64,000 bases of DNA from Spirochaetia bacterium (GTDB lineage: Bacteria > Spirochaetota > Spirochaetia > SZUA-6 > Bin103), in the NCBI GenBank assembly GCA_965203905.1, contig CBDBDQ010000005.1, positions 6,464,001 to 6,528,000 of the forward strand. The letters are read 5' to 3'. Positions 49,479 through 58,267 of this stretch are shown here, piece by piece; the stretch's first letter is position 1, and every line of letters begins with the position of its first letter. The notes under the pieces are model-generated. The model made no database searches and was not told the origin of the DNA. It saw only the letters and a program-made list of their open reading frames with translations. The position numbers and the translations under genes were made by a program.

Positions 49479-50822
49479 TCACGTCACCGAGTCTCGCGGT
49501 GCGGAGCGCTGCCGGCGCTCGTGGCGGTAACGGTGGTGAGCCGCGCAGCGCAAGACCAGGTTCCCCGGCTCCGCGCCGCCGCCCACCGCGACCGGAACGA
49601 TGTGGTCCATCTCGAGGAAGAAGCGCGAGCCGCAGCGCCGCCCGCTGTCCCGGTCGACGAAGGTGCAGCAGCCCTGGTCGCGCCGCCAAACCTCTCGTTT
49701 CACCGCAGCCGGAATCGATCTGCCCGACGATCTGGCGGACTTCTCCACCGAAGTCGGCTCCCCTGCGCCGCCGGTCCTCCGTTCCGGTGTCGAACTACCG
49801 GTTGCCACGCGGGACTTCGCCGCCGAAGTCGGCTCCGCCGATCCTGTGCCCCCCGTGCTCCGCTCCGAAGTCGAATCGCCGGCTGCCACGCGCGGCTTCG
49901 CCGCCGAAGGGGACACCGCCGCCGCCGCGGACTTCCCGGGCCGGTCCGGGTTCTCCGCCGCCGCGACGCGATCTGCCGTCTCCCGCCCCGCTGTCCCGGA
50001 CGGACGCTCGTCACTGATAGAGTCTGACTTCCGCTTCCGGCGGCGCGGCCGGCTCGGATCGTAGCGCTCCAGGCCCTCCCGCACCAGCCGCCCGACGAGT
50101 TGCCCGACCGTCAGGTGCGGATCCACGTGCGACAGCAGCTCCCGCAACTGCTGCAGTCCACGCTGGCACTCGGCGTCGATCACCGCCTTCAGCTCCCAGC
50201 GCCCGTCCCCCAGCGCCCGCAGCCGCTCGGCCGGCGCCGCCGCCTCGGGATCCACCTCCGCCAGCATCTGTTGCACCTGCCGCGTGCTCTTGCCCACCGC
50301 CTGCTCCACCAGCCGCTGCCGGGCGTGCGCATCCAGCACCGGCGATGGCGCACCCTGCGCCTCGCCCGCCGGCGCGGATGGAGCCGAGCCGGCACGCGGC
50401 GCGGCGCTGGTGCCGGCTCCCGGCGACCCGGTGGCGGCCCGTCCGCCTGCGCTGCGGTCCCAGCGCTCGAAGGAGTTCTGCAACAGGGCCGCGTTGCTCA
50501 GGTTCAGCGAGCCGTCCTGCAGCCACGCGCGGACGCCGCGGGTCTCGCGGCACAGGCGCATGGCTTTGATACGCCGCCAAGCGGCTGCCTCGGTATAGTG
50601 CAGCTCGCGCACGGTGTAGTCGAACAAGCTGGAGTAGCCGAGGCGCAGGTACAGGCGCCGGGCCTCGATTTCGCGCAGGTGGTCGAGGACGCTGAGCTGC
50701 AGCGCCTGCTCGTGGCGGGCGAGCATTCTGGTCCGCTCCAGCAGCACCTGGTCGGGGAGCACGGCGACCGTGGAGAGGAGCTCTTCGGAGGCTGCTTCGG
50801 TCACGTTCGTCACGTTCGTCAT
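49479..50822 (-). CDS. HNH endonuclease domain protein
   Basis: N-terminal LREIEARRLYLRLGYSSLFDY domain; C-terminal IPAAVKREVWRRD-CCTF..RC..EMDHIVPVAVGG..NLVLRCAAHH. Confidence 0.9.
   Translation of the reverse strand: MTNVTNVTEAASEELLSTVAVLPDQVLLERTRMLARHEQALQLSVLDHLREIEARRLYLRLGYSSLFDYTVRELHYTEAAAWRRIKAMRLCRETRGVRAWLQDGSLNLSNAALLQNSFERWDRSAGGRAATGSPGAGTSAAPRAGSAPSAPAGEAQGAPSPVLDAHARQRLVEQAVGKSTRQVQQMLAEVDPEAAAPAERLRALGDGRWELKAVIDAECQRGLQQLRELLSHVDPHLTVGQLVGRLVREGLERYDPSRPRRRKRKSDSISDERPSGTAGRETADRVAAAENPDRPGKSAAAAVSPSAAKPRVAAGDSTSERSTGGTGSAEPTSAAKSRVATGSSTPERRTGGAGEPTSVEKSARSSGRSIPAAVKREVWRRDQGCCTFVDRDSGRRCGSRFFLEMDHIVPVAVGGGAEPGNLVLRCAAHHRYRHERRQRSAPRDSVT
49748..49910. repeat. In-frame 75/81-bp tandem repeats in HNH linker
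   Basis: CCGAAG anchors at 49748, 49823, 49904; peptide units SAAK(P/S)RVA..STxER.TGG..EPT. Confidence 0.8.
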
Positions 50823-50914
50823 TGGTAGATCCTTACTCCTTTGCTCCTATAGTGGAACGGAAGAAATCAAGACCCCCGTTCAAACCGTGCGTGCGGATTT
50901 CCCGCACACGGCTT
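50821..50914 (-). ncRNA. Group II intron domains V and VI (3' end)
   Basis: DV aAGCcgtgtgcgggaaatccgcacgcacggttt (50914-50882); DVI hairpin gggggtcttg...aaggatctAcc with bulged A (50826); ends AAT. Confidence 0.9.
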
Positions 50915-50939
50915 ACCGGTGGACTCTCGAATCGCAGCA

Positions 50940-51577
50940 TTACGCAGTCTCCCAAAACGGTCGTTCGGGATAACGCACCAACGGCTGCAGGCGTATCAGC
51001 CCCAGTCGATAGAAAGACTCGCTGGTCCACCGGCTCGCCTCGCCGGGCGTCAAGTTGCGGCCCTTGCGGGCCAGCCGCAGCCTCCGCAACCGTTGCCAGA
51101 CATAGCTGTCGAGCTGATTGAACCGCTTGGCGGCATTACCGGTCCGAAAGTAGTTCGCCCACCCGCGAAGCACGGGATTGAGGTCGGTTATCACCACTCG
51201 TATATCCGCGTGGCTCCGCCCTCGGGGCGTCCTCTCTTTCACCTTCTCCCGGATTCTCTTCATCGCACGGTCCGACGGCCACCGATGCAGGTAGTACAGC
51301 CGCTTGCGCCGCTGCTCCCAGATCTTGCCGGACATCCGCTTGTGAAGATGGTGCCCCAGAAAGTCGAACCCTTCCTGTCCGTCGTACAGGTTCACCCTCC
51401 GCGTCTTCTCAGGATGTAGCTCCAGACCCAGTCGCGCCAGTATCTGGCGGACCCGCGCCTCGGCCTGCTGACACGCCCGCTTCGTGGCACAGATGATCAC
51501 AAAGTCATCCGCATACCGCACCAGTGTCCCCAAAGGGGCACTGTGGTGCGTCCACAGCGTGTCCAGTACGTGCAGGT
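50940..51577 (-). pseudogene. 5'-truncated group II intron reverse transcriptase/maturase
   Basis: LHVLD..VRYADDFVI, LHPEKT, FDFLG, LNPVLRGWANYF; RT0-4 missing, no endonuclease domain. Confidence 0.92.
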
Positions 51578-51694
51578 GCGCATGGACTACCCGCTGTATC
51601 GGTCGTGCGGTCTGCCGATCGGCAGCAGTCAGTCGAGGGGGCCTGCAAGAAACGTGGTCGCCAATCCACCCAGACCCAGATCGAGGCTGCCTGA
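51578..51694 (+). pseudogene. ISKra4/UPF0236-family transposase remnant
   Basis: RMDYPLYRSCGLPIGS, frameshift, then VEGACK(N)VV: the GxPIGSGxVExACK signature; jumps to QTQIEAA* just before the terminal repeat. Confidence 0.8.
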
Positions 51695-51760
51695 CCGCTA
51701 CCACAGTGACGGAATGCACCCTGCTACAGTGGTCGTGTTGACAACGGAGTACGGGATCGG

Positions 51761-51922
51761 ATGAGGCTGGACGGCGTCGAGCGTATTGCGCGCGGGTTGA
51801 ACGACAGCGAGGTGCGCTTCATCGTGGTGGGTGGACCGGCGGTAGTTGCCCACGGCTACGGCGCCAGACCTGCGGACATCGCGGAACTGACTCAGCTTGA
51901 TCGGGGGGAAGGAAATGGCTAA
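51761..51922 (+). pseudogene. Internally deleted copy of NTase gene (44228-44737)
   Basis: Near-identical ends; net 348 bp missing, including the DLD motif; remains in frame (53 aa). Confidence 0.9.
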
Positions 51923-52109
51923 CGAGATCGATTGGCGGGTGGTCACGTTCGCCGGCAACCGCCGCCGCCAACGGGAGGAATTCCGTGCGCTCCCGGTGCG
52001 CGACAAGCTGGTCGCGATCGAGCAGCTCTCGATGGTTACCGAGAACTTCCGAGCCCGCCGCCGCGCAGCGAGGACCGCGCAGTTGACGGACGATGCTCGC
52101 AATACGTAG
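51915..52109 (+). CDS. Second, intact copy of the small NTase partner
   Basis: Paralog of 44730-44924 with few substitutions. Confidence 0.75.
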   Translation: MANEIDWRVVTFAGNRRRQREEFRALPVRDKLVAIEQLSMVTENFRARRRAARTAQLTDDARNT

Positions 52110-52134
52110 TCACGGCCGGCGGCAGAGAAGAAGT

Positions 52135-52163
52135 TTGACAGCTCGTCGGGCGTGGTTTACACT
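52135..52163 (+). promoter_or_regulatory. Near-consensus sigma70 promoter
   Basis: TTGACA (52135-52140), N17, TACACT (52158-52163). Confidence 0.7.
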
Positions 52164-52704
52164 GATTCTTGTTGAAAAACAGGCTTATGTGGACGATGCA
52201 TTACCATAAGCACTTGCGGACGCCGCCGATTGACCGGATCGGTGTGTCCTACCCCCCCCTCAACTTTTCGAGCCGAGAACAACCAACCGCTCCGGCTGAT
52301 CACCCCGTACGCGACCTCGCGCGCGGCGTCGCCTTCACCACCGCCGTAGCTGTAGCTGGCGGTGGCGCCGGCTCGGTCCATCGCCGAACCGGCATGCGGG
52401 CCGCCCGCGCCCTTCCCGGTGACTCGGGCCGTTCCGGATCCCCGCCCGCGACTGACTGCCGGCAAAACCCTCCGCCGGCGTTGCCGGCCGTTCAGACTCG
52501 CTGCTTCGCCGACCACCATCCGATGGTGGCACACCGCCCCACGTGGCCATGTGACGCAGGTCCCGATGTCCGCCGACCGGTCGGTGCTTTCATGATGGGG
52601 GGCGCACGCGCCGCGCGCAGCACACCCCACAACACAGCAAGCACCCAGACCAAGCCCTACAGAAAACACCCTGCCGGTGCTTACCGGCGCACAGGAGGTG
52701 CAAA

Positions 52705-52758
52705 ATGATACTCAAAGAACCGCACGCGCGCGGCGTGAGCCGGGGTGAACCCCGCTGA
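52705..52758 (+). CDS. Putative 17-aa leader ORF (MILKEPHARGVSRGEPR)
   Basis: AGGAGGTG at 52693-52700 before ATG; overlaps hairpin 52726-52774. Confidence 0.35.
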   Translation: MILKEPHARGVSRGEPR

Positions 52759-52888
52759 GTCACACGCCGCGCGCCTCACGATGACTCGGACTGGCCGTCC
52801 GTGTTGCGGGCGTGAGAGTAGCCAGGGAGCGGCAAGTCGCTCCGCAATACTCTCAAATACAATACAAATACAAGCAAGGATACTAACG

Positions 52889-54658
52889 ATGATGAAAACC
52901 ATTTTTAGAATGACCTTCGCGATTGCGTTGGTCCTGGTGCTGACCGCAACCGGCCTCTGGGCGGGTGCCGCAGAAGAGGAGCCGGCAGCCGCTGCCGACA
53001 AGAAGTATGTAACCGACCCCACGACCGGCGAGGTGGTGAGCGCACCGGAGTATGGCGGGACCCTGACCTTCACCAAGCGTAGCTGGCCAGCGAATACGGA
53101 CACCTTGGCCGGTGGGAGGTGGGCGTCCCAGTTGGTCTTTGCCGTGCTGGATAAGCCGGCTATCGCGGACTGGGCAATCGACAGGGACACATATGCGTTG
53201 CATATGCCCTGGCCACCTATAGAGTTCCTGAGGGGCTCACTGGTGGAGCGTTGGGAGCAGACCGACGACCTCACCATTATCTTCCACATCCGCGAGGGCG
53301 TGCACTGGCATGACAAGGCGCCGATGAACGGTCGAGAATTAACTGCGGATGATATCGTATTCAACTATCACCGTATGCTGGGTCTGGGCAGCGGCTTCAC
53401 CGAACCAAGCCCCCAGCTGACGGCTCAACTTGCCCCGATCAAAGTCGAATCGGTAGCAGCTACGGACAACTACACGGTTGTCTTCAAGCTAGGCGAGCCA
53501 AACATTGGTGCCCTGCTGGGTCTCGTCGACGACGAAACCGCATATATGTACCCCCCCGAGGTAATCAAGGAACACGGCAACGCTAATGATTGGCAGGTCT
53601 TGGTCGGCACCGGGCCCTATGAGCTGGTTGACGTGGTCGAAGAAAGCTCGGCGACATGGACCAAGAATCCCGACTACTGGGGATACGACGAAAAGTACCC
53701 GGAGAACCGCTTACCCTATGTTGACGAATTACGGGCCCTGATGATGCCGGAAGTGGCGACGATGATCTCGGCAATACGCACACGCAAGGTTGATATTTCA
53801 GCGCGGATGAGTGGAATTGTCAACCAGACACATAGCCTCCAGCAGACCAACCCCGAGATTCAGGCGTTCACGGTCTACTTCAGGTCGCAGGAGTCGTTTG
53901 GTGTGAACGTTCAAAAGAAACCTTTTGACGATATCAGGGTGCGCAAGGCATTGCAGATGGCACTGGACCTCGAAACAGCCAACTCCGCTTACTTCAAGGG
54001 TCTGGCAGAAATGACACCTGTTGGGAGAAGCCGGTTCCCGGGGCAATTCGTTCCGTTCGAAGAGTGGCCCGAAGAGGTCAAGAACGTCTTTACCTATGAT
54101 CCGGAAGGGGCAGAGGCGCTGCTGGATGAAGCCGGATATCCTCGTGGCTCGGATGGCATTCGATTCAAAACCACGTTGAAATGGATAGAATCGTTTGATG
54201 TGGGCTATGCGGAATTGGCCATTGGATTCTGGCGCGAAATTGGTGTTGACGTAGAGCTTGAGCTCATTCCCGGTGCCGAATTCACTCCTGTCACGGGTGA
54301 TAGGGACTACGAAATGGTCACCAGCATAACGGCAAACCTTAGCCCAGGATACATCCACTATTCCGACCGGTTCAATTGGAACACAGCCAACCCACAAGAC
54401 CCGTGGTATGAAGCGAAGGTCGAAGCCGCCGACGCGGCTAGCTCGCGCGAGGAGCTGCACGCACTGGCTCGCGAGATGGACCTGTATGCGAATTCAAGGT
54501 TCTGGACCATATGGGGGGGTATGGCCCCGCAGCTTGTCCTGGCGCAGCCGTGGGTGACCGGATATAACAGTGAACTGAACCTGGGAAGCGGTCAGTATTG
54601 GCTGCAGTACGCCCGCATGTGGATTGACTCAGCGCTGAAGAAAGAAATGGGTCACTAG
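52889..54658 (+). CDS. ABC transporter substrate-binding protein (family 5)
   Basis: Signal peptide, YGGTL, GRELTADDIVF, GTGPY, PFDDIRVRKAL, YDPEGAEALLDEAGY. Confidence 0.93.
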   Translation: MMKTIFRMTFAIALVLVLTATGLWAGAAEEEPAAAADKKYVTDPTTGEVVSAPEYGGTLTFTKRSWPANTDTLAGGRWASQLVFAVLDKPAIADWAIDRDTYALHMPWPPIEFLRGSLVERWEQTDDLTIIFHIREGVHWHDKAPMNGRELTADDIVFNYHRMLGLGSGFTEPSPQLTAQLAPIKVESVAATDNYTVVFKLGEPNIGALLGLVDDETAYMYPPEVIKEHGNANDWQVLVGTGPYELVDVVEESSATWTKNPDYWGYDEKYPENRLPYVDELRALMMPEVATMISAIRTRKVDISARMSGIVNQTHSLQQTNPEIQAFTVYFRSQESFGVNVQKKPFDDIRVRKALQMALDLETANSAYFKGLAEMTPVGRSRFPGQFVPFEEWPEEVKNVFTYDPEGAEALLDEAGYPRGSDGIRFKTTLKWIESFDVGYAELAIGFWREIGVDVELELIPGAEFTPVTGDRDYEMVTSITANLSPGYIHYSDRFNWNTANPQDPWYEAKVEAADAASSREELHALAREMDLYANSRFWTIWGGMAPQLVLAQPWVTGYNSELNLGSGQYWLQYARMWIDSALKKEMGH

Positions 54659-54674
54659 GCGATAGTTCAATACT

Positions 54675-54731
54675 GGCAGCCCGTTCCCGGCTGCTCCAAG
54701 GGACGTCCTTGGGCGGTTGGGACGGGCTGTC
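54675..54731 (+). terminator. Long stem-loop after SBP gene (terminator or mRNA stabiliser)
   Basis: ggcagcccgt...ccaagg / ccttgg...acgggctgtc inverted repeat. Confidence 0.6.
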
Positions 54732-54769
54732 TTGTTGGACGAAGTGGCTAAAGAAGAGAGGCGTGTGAC

Positions 54770-55732
54770 ATGAGAGCCTACATCATCAGGCGGTTATTGC
54801 TGATGATCCTCTCACTGTTTCTCTTGACCATCCTGGTATTTCTCTCGGTGCGCTTGCTCCCCGGAGATGTCATAGACGCAATACTGAGTCGGATGATGGA
54901 AATATCAACGGTGGGGACGATTGACCGGGAAGGACTCGAGCGTCAGCTGGGATTGGACGTGCCTGGCTACGTACAGTATGCGCGCTGGTTGGGCGGGATT
55001 CTCCTACGCGGCAGCCTTGGCGAATCACTGATGGGTCGCGGGGCGGTGGAAGAGCAGATAATCAGTAGACTGCCGGTCACCCTTGAGCTTGGCCTCCTGG
55101 CAATCGTGATCGGGCTGGTGATTGCCCTGCCGGTAGGCATCTATTCGGCCATTCGCCAGGACACCGCCGCCGACTACGCGGGGCGCTCCATCGCCATCAT
55201 CGGCCTGGCAACGCCTAACTTCTGGCTGGGCATTATGGTCATGGTCTACCCGGCAATCTGGTGGGGCTGGTCGCCATCGATGGAGCTGATTCCTTTCTCT
55301 GAAGACCCGGTGGGGAATCTGGGTATGTTCCTCATTCCTAGCCTGATTCTGGGGACAGCCTCGGCAGCCGCCATCATGCGGCTTACCCGCACCATGATGC
55401 TGGAGGTGCTGCGGCAGGACTACATTCGCACCGCTTGGTCCAAGGGGCTCCGGGAGCGGGTCGTGATTATCCGGCATACCATCAAGAATGCTCTGATCCC
55501 AGTGGTTACTCTGATTGGCCTGCAGGTGCCGATCCTGGTTGGCGGCTCCGTCATCATGGAAAACATCTTCAACCTGCCGGGAGTAGGTCGTCTCGCCCTG
55601 ATCGCCCTCAATGACAGAGACTTCACGATGGTCGCCGGAGTAAACTTGTTCTTCGCAGGCTCGGTTATGGGGGCCAATCTTATCACCGACCTGTTCTATG
55701 CCTTCCTGGATCCCAGAGTTCGTTACAAATAG
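54770..55732 (+). CDS. ABC permease, DppB/OppB type
   Basis: YIIRRLL, RLPVTLEL, QDYIRTAWSKGL, LDPRVRY. Confidence 0.93.
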   Translation: MRAYIIRRLLLMILSLFLLTILVFLSVRLLPGDVIDAILSRMMEISTVGTIDREGLERQLGLDVPGYVQYARWLGGILLRGSLGESLMGRGAVEEQIISRLPVTLELGLLAIVIGLVIALPVGIYSAIRQDTAADYAGRSIAIIGLATPNFWLGIMVMVYPAIWWGWSPSMELIPFSEDPVGNLGMFLIPSLILGTASAAAIMRLTRTMMLEVLRQDYIRTAWSKGLRERVVIIRHTIKNALIPVVTLIGLQVPILVGGSVIMENIFNLPGVGRLALIALNDRDFTMVAGVNLFFAGSVMGANLITDLFYAFLDPRVRYK

Positions 55733-55747
55733 GGAGAATCATCAAGT

Positions 55748-56644
55748 ATGAGTGAGCACAGGAGACGTGCCGGGCTCGCTGATTTCCTTCTCAGGTTGGT
55801 CAAGGAGAAGCCACTGGGCACTATCGGCGGGATTATCGTATTGGTATTGATTCTCGTGGCTATCTTCGCGGATGCTCTGGCTCCCTATGAATACTATCAA
55901 ATGCACCTGATAGACCGGATGCAGGGCTCATCAGCCCGGTATCTGCTCGGTACCGATCACCTGGGGCGAGACTTCCTGAGCCGGATTATCTATGGGGCTC
56001 GCATTTCGCTGACCGTCGGTCTGGCCGCGACCGCTCTCAATGTTGTAGTAGCTGTACTGGTAGGCGGCGTTTCGGGATTCTTTGGTGGTAAAGTAGACCT
56101 CGTGGTGCAGAGGTTTGTCGATACCTGGATGTCGTTCCCCAGTCTGCTCCTGTTGTTGACCGTAATGTCCGTATTGGGGAAGGGTTTAGTCCAGATAATA
56201 GTCGTACTTGGGGTATCAGGAGGCATCGGCAGCTCGAGAATAGTTAGAGGCGCCGTTATCGCGGTAAAAGAGAATACCTATTTTCAGGCGGCGGAGTCGA
56301 TCGGCTCTTCCAAGTGGCGAGCCTATATCCGACATGTACTGCCCAATATCGTGGCGCCCGTAATCATCATATTCAGCATCAACCTAGGAGGCGTGATCAT
56401 GTCTGAGGCTGCTCTGAGTTTTCTTGGATTTGGATTGCCACCGGGTATACCGAGCTGGGGAGGCATGCTCAGCCGGGAAGGGCGTCAATACATGGAGGAA
56501 GGGCCATGGCTGGCTCTCTGGCCAGGTCTCTGCCTGACGATTCTCGTCTACAGTCTCAACATGTTCGGCGATGCGGTGCGGGACCTGCTTGACCCCAGGC
56601 TGAGAGGTGGTCTGGGACGTTACGGCGGAGCGAAGACAGCTTAA
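55748..56644 (+). CDS. ABC permease, DppC/OppC type
   Basis: LGTDHLGRD, YGARISL, RHVLPN, LSFLGFG, GDAVRDLLDPR. Confidence 0.93.
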   Translation: MSEHRRRAGLADFLLRLVKEKPLGTIGGIIVLVLILVAIFADALAPYEYYQMHLIDRMQGSSARYLLGTDHLGRDFLSRIIYGARISLTVGLAATALNVVVAVLVGGVSGFFGGKVDLVVQRFVDTWMSFPSLLLLLTVMSVLGKGLVQIIVVLGVSGGIGSSRIVRGAVIAVKENTYFQAAESIGSSKWRAYIRHVLPNIVAPVIIIFSINLGGVIMSEAALSFLGFGLPPGIPSWGGMLSREGRQYMEEGPWLALWPGLCLTILVYSLNMFGDAVRDLLDPRLRGGLGRYGGAKTA

Positions 56645-56654
56645 AGGTGAAATC

Positions 56655-56841
56655 TTAGAGCGGGTCCGCGGTCAGCAGCTCTTCGAGCACGATCAGGTTC
56701 TCGGCCAGGGTAGGCACGGCGGGAGCCTCCTTGCCGATCTTGCGCAGCAGCACGGCGTGGATGATCTCGGTATACGCCTCAAGCCAGCCGGTGCTTGACC
56801 AGCGGTATGTACTTTCCGCCGGTACGGATGGCGTCGGTCAC
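56655..56841 (-). pseudogene. Degenerate gene remnant
   Basis: AAGGAGG + GTG giving VTDAIRTGGKYIP..., frameshifted into LEAYTEIIHAVLLRK...LEELLTADPL*. Confidence 0.35.
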
Positions 56842-57009
56842 CAGTAACTCCTCCTTACTTTCGGGATCGACGGGTCGCGACCCCGGTATCGTTGAGAGGA
56901 ATTCAGGAGTTCCGCTCGTGCCTCCTCTCGACCCGGAAGGGCCGACACGCTCTCGCGTCGGCAGAACGTCCGCCGCAGAACTGCCGGACAGCAGAATCGG
57001 GCTACTTAC

Positions 57010-57163
57010 TCAGAAGGCTATGGCCAGGTGCACGCCCCACGGCACCGAGAATCCGCTGGTGGCACCGCTGACGACCGCCTCGAGGTCGTCGCTGACCCCT
57101 TCGGCTTCGGTGAAAGCATAGCGATAGGCAACGCCGACGCGCGGGGTGATTGCTACCGGTCCC
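57010..57163 (-). pseudogene. C-terminal fragment of an outer-membrane beta-barrel protein
   Basis: GPVAITPRVGVAYRYAF...WGVHLAIAF*: alternating beta pattern ending in Phe. Confidence 0.5.
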
Positions 57164-57164
57164 C

Positions 57165-57290
57165 ATCACGGATAGGGACTATCCGGTCGTCATGGGAGTC
57201 AACCTGTTTTTTGGGACCGTAGTTGTGCGCGTAAATCTGCTGATCGACGTGCTCTATCCCTATTTGGACCCGCGCGTCCGCTACCAATAA
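57165..57290 (+). pseudogene. C-terminal fragment of DppB-type permease
   Basis: TDRDYPVVMGVNLFFG...NLLIDVLYPYLDPRVRYQ* parallels the end of 54770-55732. Confidence 0.85.
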
Positions 57291-57305
57291 CGACGCGCCA
57301 AGGAC

Positions 57306-58223
57306 ATGAGTGACGCCACTCAACCAGCCTCCGCCCTAGCCCGGAAAGCGAACCGTCACTGGCTGCTTGATCTACCAGTCAGAATGATCAAGACGAAGCC
57401 GCTGGGATCCGTCTGCGGCATTATCCTGTTGCTATTTGTTCTTGTCAGTATCTTTGCGGATACCCTGGCTCCCTATCGATACGATGAGATTCGCTTGCAA
57501 GAGATACTGGAAGCGCCATCGGCGCAGCATCCCTTGGGAACCGATCATTTGGGAAGAGACTTTCTGAGCCGCATCATCCATGGGGCTCGGATTTCTCTGC
57601 TGGTGGGTTTCGCGGCCACCTCCATCAATGTCGTGGTGGCACTCCTCGTGGGTGGCACTAGCGGGTTCCTGGGTGGAAAACTCGATCTTGCAGTCCAGAG
57701 ACTTGTAGATGCGTGGATCGCTTTTCCCGGACTGCTACTGTTGTTGACCATCATGTCTGTTGTAGGGCAGGGTTTGCTGCAAATCGTATTCGTGCTTGGT
57801 ATCGCCGGTGGCATCGGTGGTGGCTCGCGGGTCGTTCGAGCTGCCGTTATCGGAATCAAGGAAAACGTCTATTTCGAGGCTGCCGACGCGCTTGGTTCCT
57901 CTAAGTGGCGAATGCTCATTCGGCACGTCCTACCCAACATTGCGCCGCCGGTAATAATCATCTTCAGCATCAGCATAGGATCCTATATCTTGAGCGCTGC
58001 CTCGCTCAGCTCCCTGGGATTCGGGCTCCCTCTGGACATCCCCGACTGGGGTGGGATGCTCAGCCGGGAAGGCCGCCAATACATGGAGGCGGCGCCTTGG
58101 CTGGCGCTGTGGCCGGGTCTTTGCCTGACCCTTGTCGTCTACTGTCTGAATATGTTCGGCGACGCCCTCCGCGACCTGCTCGACCCGAGGTTGCGTGGCG
58201 CAACCGGGCTCCAGGGGCAGTGA
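57306..58223 (+). CDS. ABC permease, DppC/OppC type (paralog)
   Basis: Same motifs as 55748-56644. Confidence 0.9.
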   Translation: MSDATQPASALARKANRHWLLDLPVRMIKTKPLGSVCGIILLLFVLVSIFADTLAPYRYDEIRLQEILEAPSAQHPLGTDHLGRDFLSRIIHGARISLLVGFAATSINVVVALLVGGTSGFLGGKLDLAVQRLVDAWIAFPGLLLLLTIMSVVGQGLLQIVFVLGIAGGIGGGSRVVRAAVIGIKENVYFEAADALGSSKWRMLIRHVLPNIAPPVIIIFSISIGSYILSAASLSSLGFGLPLDIPDWGGMLSREGRQYMEAAPWLALWPGLCLTLVVYCLNMFGDALRDLLDPRLRGATGLQGQ

Positions 58224-58267
58224 CGGAGAGTCCCGTGGGTAGCGCCAACCAACCAAGAAGGAACACT

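Larger units (their letters stand above)
49240..51721. mobile_element. Non-autonomous ISKra4/Mutator-type element carrying HNH gene and group II intron remnant
   Basis: Termini GGGTGCACTC (49240) and GAATGCACCC (51721); TGCTACAGT duplicated at 49231-49239 and 51722-51730; uninterrupted paralogous site at 44180-44215; transposase remnant at 51578-51665. Confidence 0.85.

Noticed and set aside
50940-51719. RT as a retron, DGR or novel intact short RT
   Set aside because: It lacks RT0-4, its apparent N-terminus is antisense IS remnant sequence, and DV/DVI follow directly: a truncated group II intron.
52169-52708. 179-aa ORF after the strong promoter
   Set aside because: No codon bias, RBS or recognisable motif.
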